Source of the DNA: a virus
Direction: 5' to 3' (one strand)
Virus record (IMG/VR): IMGVR_UViG_3300047666_001259
Location: 32,001 to 96,000 of that record
DNA: 64,000 bases
Each line of letters starts with the position of its first letter. The stretch's first letter is position 1. Under the pieces are notes generated by a model. The model had not been told where the DNA came from. It ran no database searches and was given only the letters and a program-made list of their open reading frames with translations. The position numbers and the translations under genes are program-made. Shown here in pieces: positions 1 through 6,517 of the stretch.

Positions 1-177
1 GGGTCTATTCAGAACAACAGCTTTACAACTGCTTTCAGAAAAATAAGAGATTTCATTTCATTTGAATCACTTCACGAATTGTACGATGGAGTAATTGGGT
101 GGTCAGAAGAAGGTGGGAGAGAATACATTGTATATAATCCTAGAAACATTAAGATAATAAATTTTACGATCTTATAA
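1..177 (+). CDS. 3' end of a CDS truncated by the window edge; C-terminus resembles ADP-ribosyltransferase-like (ART-PolyVal-type) domains
   Basis: Frame 1 is open from 1 to TAA 175-177 and ends ...YDGVIGWSEEGGREYIVYNPRNIKII..., similar to the YDG..E..vf.p.qIk pattern. Confidence 0.35.
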   Translation, partial: GSIQNNSFTTAFRKIRDFISFESLHELYDGVIGWSEEGGREYIVYNPRNIKIINFTIL

Positions 178-197
178 TAATTTTGTAACTTTGCTTC

Positions 198-383
198 ATG
201 GAGCAAGTAGGGCAAGTACAAATATTTAGTCAAACGGACGACCCCGAAACACTACAACGTGAGATGAATGATTGGTTGGTTGATTGTGATGTGACAGTTG
301 TTCGTGTCCTACAAACCCAATCTGGTAGAATGGATACCACCTTGACTATCACTTTATTTTACGTGAATAATCCCGAAGATTAA
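198..383 (+). CDS. hypothetical protein; its stop codon TAA forms the TAA|C core of the first cassette site
   Basis: 61 aa ORF, TAACTTTG promoter box at 186-193. Confidence 0.7.
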   Translation: MEQVGQVQIFSQTDDPETLQREMNDWLVDCDVTVVRVLQTQSGRMDTTLTITLFYVNNPED

Positions 384-435
384 CGGTTTGTGTATGTACC
401 GTTTGAGGTACGAAAATGGAATATAAACAGTGTTA
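381..435 (+). repeat. attC-like hairpin A1
   Basis: TAAC GGTTTGTGTAT GTACC GTTTGA GGTAC GAAAATGGA ATATAAAC AGT GTTA. Confidence 0.7.
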
Positions 436-676
436 TAAAATTAAATTGATTATGGGAATGTTTGATACAGTAATAGTTCCGTGTCCAGAATGTGGAACAA
501 AAGAAGAATTTCAGAGCAAAAGTGGTGAATGTTTTTTACAAGAAGTAGAATTAAAAGACTGTCCAAGTGATATATTGTATGACGTGAATAGACACTCGCC
601 ATACACTTGTTGTGATTGCGGTACTTTATTCGAGGTAGACACAAAATCTAAAGAAAGTACTAAAGTAGTGTTGTAG
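416..676 (+). CDS. small Zn-ribbon protein (cassette cargo); start may be Met at 452
   Basis: CPECG and CCDCG motifs. Confidence 0.7.
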   Translation: MEYKQCYKIKLIMGMFDTVIVPCPECGTKEEFQSKSGECFLQEVELKDCPSDILYDVNRHSPYTCCDCGTLFEVDTKSKESTKVVL

Positions 677-677
677 A

Positions 678-904
678 TAACGATGTACCTTTTTAAAAGC
701 AAAACGGGCGAGTGTAAAATTTGAAAATTATGGATGATAAAACGATAGCTTATTATTTACAGCACAAAGTAGAAGTAAAAGAGAATAGCTTAAAACCTAT
801 GGATAAACGTCATAAAATACCTAAGCGCATAAAGAAGGAAATAAAAGAACTAAAAGCAATGATTGAACACTTGACGGAATAATTTTTTGTTTTTATACAT
901 TGTT
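678..904 (+). repeat. attC-like hairpin A2 with an ORF inside the loop
   Basis: Left arm AACGATGTAC..TAAAAGCAAAA pairs with right arm TTTTGTTTTTATACATTGTT. Confidence 0.65.
730..882 (+). CDS. 50 aa basic hypothetical protein inside the loop of site A2 (not in the ORF track)
   Basis: ATG 730 to TAA 880-882, MDDKTIAYYLQHKVEVKENSLKPMDKRHKIPKRIKKEIKELKAMIEHLTE, AT-rich leader. Confidence 0.6.
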   Translation: MDDKTIAYYLQHKVEVKENSLKPMDKRHKIPKRIKKEIKELKAMIEHLTE

Positions 905-935
905 GTGCTTAACGAAGTGGTGTTTTAATGAAGCA

Positions 936-1007
936 CAACGGTTGCAAATATGAGAAGTAAATCTTTTCATTAAAAAATAGACAAAGTAAGATTTATTTCT
1001 TATATTT
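936..1007 (+). repeat. attC-like hairpin A3 (GTT core degenerate)
   Basis: AAATATGAGAAGTAAATCTT pairs with AAGATTTATTTCTTATATTT. Confidence 0.65.
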
Positions 1008-1038
1008 AGTATCAAAAATTTTATACAAATTAAAAAAT

Positions 1039-1260
1039 ATGGAAAATACATTTGAACCAAGAAAATCCATCTCCGAAAGATATAGTTTGGAGAATATGTC
1101 TAAACAAAGAGGAATGTCTATTGATGACTATAAGTTAGAAATAGACAAACAACTCAAAATGAAACAGGATATTATTGATAAACAACTATCAAAAGGATGG
1201 ACACAGGAACAATCTGAAACTCACGCTATGAGGTGTTTGTATATTGATGGATTTTCTTGA
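1039..1260 (+). CDS. hypothetical protein (cassette cargo)
   Basis: 73 aa ORF flanked by a perfect 15 bp inverted repeat at 1010-1024 / 1285-1299. Confidence 0.7.
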   Translation: MENTFEPRKSISERYSLENMSKQRGMSIDDYKLEIDKQLKMKQDIIDKQLSKGWTQEQSETHAMRCLYIDGFS

Positions 1261-1306
1261 CCGACATTCAAAGATTAAGAACTCATAAAATTTTTGATAT
1301 TGAATA

Positions 1307-1429
1307 TAACGCTGAGTATATGAAACGTAAATTTTAAACAGACAAAATGAATAAAACAGGATATTATATATTAGGAATACTGAGCGGTTTGACCCTATAC
1401 AAACTAATTTATGTTTTATATACATTGTT
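1307..1429 (+). repeat. attC-like hairpin A4
   Basis: GTATATGAAACGTAAATT pairs with AATTTATGTTTTATATAC (two G.T pairs), then ATT GTT. Confidence 0.75.
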
Positions 1430-1586
1430 GTTGTTAGTTGATTTTACGCCTTTATACCCTTACTTAATAGATATAAACTATTATTGCGAAAAGTATACAA
1501 CTAAAAATATTGCTGAAATAGGTGCAATACTTTTGATAGTAATACCAATAGCAATATTTGTGATTAAAGAGCGCAGACTTAAGTAA
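1347..1586 (+). CDS. small two-TM membrane protein; starts in the A4 loop and reads through the right arm
   Basis: Two hydrophobic stretches; YVLYTLLL is encoded by the hairpin right arm. Confidence 0.65.
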   Translation: MNKTGYYILGILSGLTLYKLIYVLYTLLLLVDFTPLYPYLIDINYYCEKYTTKNIAEIGAILLIVIPIAIFVIKERRLK

Positions 1587-1599
1587 AATCTATTAACTA

Positions 1600-1651
1600 C
1601 AATGACTACTGTATGTGGCGTAGCTTTTCGCTATGACATATAAAGTTTGTT
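1600..1651 (+). repeat. attC-like hairpin A5
   Basis: CAAT..TGTATGTGGCGTAGC TTTTC GCTATGACATATA..GTT. Confidence 0.7.
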
Positions 1652-1688
1652 AGCATTAGTACGGATTAATAACTAAAAACTTAATAAG

Positions 1689-1880
1689 ATGACAAAAAGA
1701 GAAAGATTAAAAGAGTGGATTAAAACTCTAAACGAAGAACAAAAAGATACTGTGATACTTGAACTTACAGACTTTGCAATAGATGCCGAGTATGTTGGTT
1801 TTTATGATACTACGAAAGTACCATATTATGATTGTACTGGAGAAAATCTAGATGGAACTGAAAGCGATGATGAAGATTAG
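1689..1880 (+). CDS. hypothetical acidic protein (cassette cargo)
   Basis: Bounded by GTTAGCATTAGTAC (1649) and GTATTACTGCTAAC (1880-1893). Confidence 0.7.
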   Translation: MTKRERLKEWIKTLNEEQKDTVILELTDFAIDAEYVGFYDTTKVPYYDCTGENLDGTESDDED

Positions 1881-1931
1881 TATTACTGCTAACGTATAGT
1901 AATATGATTAGTGCGGATTAATAACAAGAAA

Positions 1932-2099
1932 ATGGCAAAGACACGAGAACAAAAAAGAATTGAAAATGCGGATAAAGTTTGTAGAGAACTTAGATACCAA
2001 ATAGTAGAATATGGACTAATAGGCGATTGGGATGCAATTAATAAGCATTTTAATTCTTGGATGAATAATGCTAAAAAATCTAAATACGAAAGACCTTAG
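1932..2099 (+). CDS. hypothetical protein (cassette cargo; likely ATG 1932)
   Basis: ORF track 1911..2099; the GTG at 1911 lies in the hairpin arm. Confidence 0.65.
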   Translation: MAKTREQKRIENADKVCRELRYQIVEYGLIGDWDAINKHFNSWMNNAKKSKYERP

Positions 2100-2136
2100 C
2101 ATTAGTACGGATTATTAACAGATAAATTATATAAAA

Positions 2137-2322
2137 ATGGAAGGAATAAAAGTAACATTAGTGCCAAATCAAGAAACAGACTACCAAGCGTTTAGATTTG
2201 ATGAATTAGGTATTACTTATTTTGAATGGTCAAAAATGAGTGAAGATGATAAAAGAATCTTGGTGTTAGAAAACATTATGGAAAATATATGCTCTCACGT
2301 TGACTCGATGGATGAGTATTAA
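2137..2322 (+). CDS. hypothetical protein (cassette cargo)
   Basis: Bounded by TTAGCATTAGTAC (2096) and GTATTAATGCTAAC (2316-2329). Confidence 0.7.
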   Translation: MEGIKVTLVPNQETDYQAFRFDELGITYFEWSKMSEDDKRILVLENIMENICSHVDSMDEY

Positions 2323-2325
2323 TGC

Positions 2326-2521
2326 TAACGGATATGGTTAAGGTTAGTTGCGGGTAGAATATTAATGAATTAAATAAACAAAAATGAAAGCAGATTTAGA
2401 ACAGTTGGAAAAAATGCAAGAAGACTTATTTAGGCAACAATGTGATTTAGATATACAGAAAGCAATGGTAAAACACTTTATAAAAAAGAAAGAAGACGAG
2501 CTATTAACTTTAACCGATGTT
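2326..2521 (+). repeat. attC-like hairpin A7 with long coding loop
   Basis: GGTTAAGGTTAGTTGC pairs with GCTATTAACTTTAACC, then GAT GTT. Confidence 0.75.
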
Positions 2522-2584
2522 GTGGACAGTTTGCCAAGTGATAGACCTAAATTAAGACCATCTTACATTGGCGATAAAGACTAA
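2384..2584 (+). CDS. coiled-coil hypothetical protein starting in the A7 loop
   Basis: ELLTLTDVV is encoded by the right arm and GTT core. Confidence 0.7.
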   Translation: MKADLEQLEKMQEDLFRQQCDLDIQKAMVKHFIKKKEDELLTLTDVVDSLPSDRPKLRPSYIGDKD

Positions 2585-2615
2585 AAAAAATAAAACAATA
2601 CGGTGTAATTGTCTA

Positions 2616-2685
2616 CAACACCGAAATAAACTCTTGTGCGTAGCATAGAGTTTATTGAATGTTAAAGTGCGTTTTTATGCACTTT
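2616..2685 (+). repeat. terminal attC-like hairpin A8 plus short tail hairpin
   Basis: AATAAACTCT..TGC GTA GCA..AGAGTTTATT GAAT GTT AAAGTGCGTTTTTATGCACTTT; homologous to 52133-52197. Confidence 0.75.
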
Positions 2686-3558
2686 TTAGCTATTTAAAAC
2701 AGTGTTAAATGTTTGAGTTAAATCAGGGTTTATGATTCTCTGCTTGTAATCAAGTTCTCCCGAAGTAAATTGAGATTTTCTAGTCAATAGATTGAATTCC
2801 CTAAACAAGAACCCATTTTCATCAAATACTCTGTATTTACCACTTGCATTATCACGAATAGTATTCCCATAGAGAGCGTATGAGAGCGTCTTAACAGTTT
2901 GATCGACCATTTCGATCTGAATCACTGTAGGATCGAAGGAAGTGGCTGTAATGAGTATCTTCTGCCCTGCATTACCTAAGTTCACTTGTTGTGAATTTGA
3001 AATAAGGTTTCTTTCATCAGGAGTTAGAGTTAAAAACAAGTTTGTTCCGTTTGGATCAAGAACATAAGTGCTTGAACTAGCATTGGCGTTGTTGTTGTTT
3101 GTAGAAACAGAAACAACCTCAGATGTAGTAACAATCCTGTGAAAGTTTTTTGTCTTTACTCCATTTTCATCAAAGTATTCGATCATGTAACCGATCAACG
3201 ACCCGGGACTCTGAAACTGAAGTTTTGGAATAATAATTCCTTTCTTAGAAATCTGAACCTCAGTATCTGTATTTGTTGTAATCATCGAACAATCAATAAT
3301 CGTTGTTTCAAACGACTTAGGTTTAATAAGCACAGTGTAGAAACCTAATCTGTTAAAAATTGAAGCAGGAAGCCTCAATTCGTAGACACCATCTGCTCCG
3401 ATCAGTTTCTTAAATTCATTATCTGATATTGCACCAAATAATGGAGCCATCTGAGGGTTCGTTGGAGTCTCTCTAGAGGCTGTATATGAATACAAAACAT
3501 CAACATCATTGCTGTTGACATTTGAAAGTACTTTTGTTCCGTATATTCCTACACTCAT
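2686..3558 (-). CDS. putative virion structural protein
   Basis: 290 aa, beta-rich, last gene of the structural block, TATTTAT motif upstream. Confidence 0.55.
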   Translation of the reverse strand: MSVGIYGTKVLSNVNSNDVDVLYSYTASRETPTNPQMAPLFGAISDNEFKKLIGADGVYELRLPASIFNRLGFYTVLIKPKSFETTIIDCSMITTNTDTEVQISKKGIIIPKLQFQSPGSLIGYMIEYFDENGVKTKNFHRIVTTSEVVSVSTNNNNANASSSTYVLDPNGTNLFLTLTPDERNLISNSQQVNLGNAGQKILITATSFDPTVIQIEMVDQTVKTLSYALYGNTIRDNASGKYRVFDENGFLFREFNLLTRKSQFTSGELDYKQRIINPDLTQTFNTVLNS

Positions 3559-3591
3559 TTCTTTGTTTTTTTATAAATATCTGTTTAAAAA

Positions 3592-5988
3592 TTATCCACC
3601 CGTGCTTCCATCAGTTGTTTCAGATTCATCCGTAGGGTCGAATAACTCATATGGAATACTTTGCCAAGAGCCAGCCTCTCCATCAAAACCAGTTGTTATT
3701 GGACAAATAGTACTCAATAAAGTAGATAATCTAAAGTTAAAATCACTATAGTTAGTGTCATTACTATAATCATCAAGTATCACAATTCCATTCATAGTTA
3801 TCTTATGCTTATGAATTTCACCTAAGAACGTGTCGGTGCAAAGACCTCCAGACTCATAAGTAACCGCCATGTTAGTGTAAGTTGTTTGTAGATTATATCT
3901 ATTCACAAACGGGTTCACTGGAGCAGTTGTAGTAAATGTTCCTAAATTTAGAGTCTCGCCATCTTCTGATCCCTTCATCACAAAATTGTGGAATCCATTT
4001 TCAATCCCACTCACTGGAATAGTTGGGTGAATATATCTTAGCTTCATTCCATAATCTGCTCTTAAATAAATTGGTCTATTAAAAGTAAACTCCCCTAATT
4101 GAACAGTAGTCTCTCCTAGTATAGCGTTTGTGGGTAAGAAGAATTGAAATTCATTTCCTGTCACAGGAATAATAAAATCCTCTCCCGCAGGAACTGTCTG
4201 TCCGTCAAAAATAATATCATCCCCATTATTGGTAATGATCATTTCAATTTTAGAAACAAAATCTCCATCACTATCGAATCCAAAATTAAAATCAGGGAAA
4301 CTAGAGAAGCTTTGATCAAAATCTTGAGTTGCCTCATTATATTGATGACCCATTTTAACTAACCAAACATTCGATTCTTGATTTGTAGCTTCAGATGAAA
4401 GCCTCCTTAAGTGAGTAGCACTATTACCCTCTGTCATTCTACCCTTTTGCCTATAAAGGTCACCTAGATTGAAAACTACAGGCTTTGTAATTATAGTAGC
4501 ATCTACAATATTAACAGCTCCTTGAATTGGGTATACAGAAGTATCAAATTCCAATCCGAAAGGATTCTCTAAACTAACTGTAACAGATTCAATAAACTCT
4601 GGAATTTGATCAGCAAGTAATTGAATATCTACTGTCTTAGTTAATTCCCCAATTCCCCAAACAACCCTCTGAGGGCTTATTAACCTAAAGTCTGCTTCTT
4701 GGATAGCTATATTTTGTGCTGAATTTAAGTAAGAAAAAACAACATCAACACTTTCTCCTCCGAGAGAGCTAGTTTGATCTAAAGTTAATTCAAGTCTAAC
4801 TAAATCACCTTCTTGCGCATTTAATGTGAACATCAAATCACCCCTTAGTGTTTGATACATTTGCCCAAGGTCTCCAGTAAATCCTACTTTTCTAAATATT
4901 GTGTTATCAATAATTACAGCATTATGCTCTAAATTGTCACCTCCATATACATTTAAGAGAGAAGTTAACTTTATAATAATACTTTCAGGTTGTTCAACAA
5001 CCAAATCGTTATTAACAGTAAGATTTATAGTTTTAAATTGTTCTCCTATACCCCATTGAATTAAGAAATTTTCTCCAATAATAACATCATTAGGATCAGC
5101 GGTTACATATTCGACAACAACCTCAACTTCTTCTATCCCTCTGATAGAAGGTTGAGAAAGAGTTAAGGGTATGGGATACCCAGCGCCTTCGATATACTGC
5201 CCTCTGTTTTCAAGGAAAGATACACCTAGCGCATTGTTATTAAACACTACGTTTTCGTTTGTTTCTAAATTTGTATCTACGAAACACTGAAGAATACTTG
5301 AAACAACGTTGGATTCACCCGGGTTGCTTGGAGAAACATTTTCTAATATTTCAAAATATTCAGCATTCAAGTCAATAATTCCTCCCACATAAGATTCAGC
5401 CAGAATTGGCTGAATCTGAACATCAATCACATCATTACAAACTTTATAAGTCTCAATAGCTGTTTTGTCGTAATTCTTGTAGAGTTTTATCGGAAGATAA
5501 TAACTATCCTCATTCGTGTATTCATACAAATAATCACGAGTAGAGTCAATTCTACTTGCGCCCCCAATGCTAGCTGGCGCACCCGAAGGTCTCACAAACT
5601 CATTCCCATCCCAAGCAAAACTATTGTCACTCACGATTATGTTAATTGTGTTTTTTAATTGATCATCAATAAACACGGTTGGAGAAGGAGTTCCTCCAGC
5701 TACGGTTGTTTGAAAAAATTGGTTAAAAACAATTGAAAGCTTTCGGTCATCATAGAATATTTCCTTCCTCTCTGCTTCGTTAGAATTTTCGTTTAGATAT
5801 TGAATGAAATTATCGATAACAATTTGATTTTGAGAATTGTTCAAATACCCACGAATGTTAAACTCACTAGTAATACCTCCACCCAAACTTTGAGTATAGA
5901 CATAGTAATCATCACTTAATTCCAATTCGCTAACTGTAATTGGAGAGCCTGTAAAACGTGGGTTTAAGAAAAGGTCAAACTGTTGCAT
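3592..5988 (-). CDS. large acidic virion/tail protein with Calx-beta-like repeats
   Basis: Two repeats of the type WGIGE..KT(I/V)....D...E..ES(I/V)...L. Confidence 0.55.
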   Translation of the reverse strand: MQQFDLFLNPRFTGSPITVSELELSDDYYVYTQSLGGGITSEFNIRGYLNNSQNQIVIDNFIQYLNENSNEAERKEIFYDDRKLSIVFNQFFQTTVAGGTPSPTVFIDDQLKNTINIIVSDNSFAWDGNEFVRPSGAPASIGGASRIDSTRDYLYEYTNEDSYYLPIKLYKNYDKTAIETYKVCNDVIDVQIQPILAESYVGGIIDLNAEYFEILENVSPSNPGESNVVSSILQCFVDTNLETNENVVFNNNALGVSFLENRGQYIEGAGYPIPLTLSQPSIRGIEEVEVVVEYVTADPNDVIIGENFLIQWGIGEQFKTINLTVNNDLVVEQPESIIIKLTSLLNVYGGDNLEHNAVIIDNTIFRKVGFTGDLGQMYQTLRGDLMFTLNAQEGDLVRLELTLDQTSSLGGESVDVVFSYLNSAQNIAIQEADFRLISPQRVVWGIGELTKTVDIQLLADQIPEFIESVTVSLENPFGLEFDTSVYPIQGAVNIVDATIITKPVVFNLGDLYRQKGRMTEGNSATHLRRLSSEATNQESNVWLVKMGHQYNEATQDFDQSFSSFPDFNFGFDSDGDFVSKIEMIITNNGDDIIFDGQTVPAGEDFIIPVTGNEFQFFLPTNAILGETTVQLGEFTFNRPIYLRADYGMKLRYIHPTIPVSGIENGFHNFVMKGSEDGETLNLGTFTTTAPVNPFVNRYNLQTTYTNMAVTYESGGLCTDTFLGEIHKHKITMNGIVILDDYSNDTNYSDFNFRLSTLLSTICPITTGFDGEAGSWQSIPYELFDPTDESETTDGSTGG

Positions 5989-6497
5989 TACTTGTTAATT
6001 GTTATATTTAAATCATTTGCTTTAGACGTTACATTAGATAGGTTAAGTTGTTCTAAATCTAAGTCATCTATCGTTATTGTGCTACCATCTGTCAAAGTCC
6101 AAGGTAGACTGTTCTTCCCTTGAGAATCAAACCATCTCTTCACTTCTTGATTGCTGAAATTAGATATCTCTGGTCTTAAAGACCTGATATAATCTATTAT
6201 AGTCACAATTAAATCTTCGCCTTTGTTAATATGAATTTCATTTACATTATCAAAGAAACCAAACTCCATGTAAAAAGGATTTACTTCCTGTCTTTCAATC
6301 TTCTTAATAGTGTCGTCAATAACAACATCGACATAATCTATGATTTTCTCTGTTCTCAACATCGGGAACTGAATAAAGAAATCGTTTTCAGGCACTTCTG
6401 CTAGAGTTCTATCGCTTTGAACGATACCATATCCTTGCGAATACCCGCTAAAAGGTAGGGTGTTAATATAGAGTTGATATTTTCTTGAGTCTTCCAT
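5988..6497 (-). CDS. hypothetical (probable structural) protein
   Basis: 169 aa, translationally coupled to the downstream gene. Confidence 0.55.
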   Translation of the reverse strand: MEDSRKYQLYINTLPFSGYSQGYGIVQSDRTLAEVPENDFFIQFPMLRTEKIIDYVDVVIDDTIKKIERQEVNPFYMEFGFFDNVNEIHINKGEDLIVTIIDYIRSLRPEISNFSNQEVKRWFDSQGKNSLPWTLTDGSTITIDDLDLEQLNLSNVTSKANDLNITINK

Positions 6498-6517
6498 TTA
6501 CATTAAATAAGAGAATA

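Larger units (their letters stand above)
381..2685 (+). mobile_element. integron-like gene-cassette array 1 (about 8 attC-like sites, no integrase nearby)
   Basis: Hairpins bounded by AAC/AAT and GTT at 381-435, 678-904, 936-1007, 1307-1429, 1600-1651, 1890-1919 (left arm only), 2326-2521, 2616-2663; post-GTT sequence complements pre-AAC sequence of the next site. Confidence 0.8.

Noticed and set aside
2384-2584. Combinatorial N-/C-terminal protein shuffling by crossover at G|TT inside ORFs
   Set aside because: Read-through ORFs cross GTT in different frames (GTT=Val in 2384, 51421, 51854; G|TT split in 1347, 49770), so random joining would often frameshift; crossover at AA|C explains the data more simply. 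Not formally excluded.
381-2685. CRISPR array or simple direct-repeat array
   Set aside because: Units are not identical repeats with constant-length spacers; conservation is structural and the intervals contain ORFs
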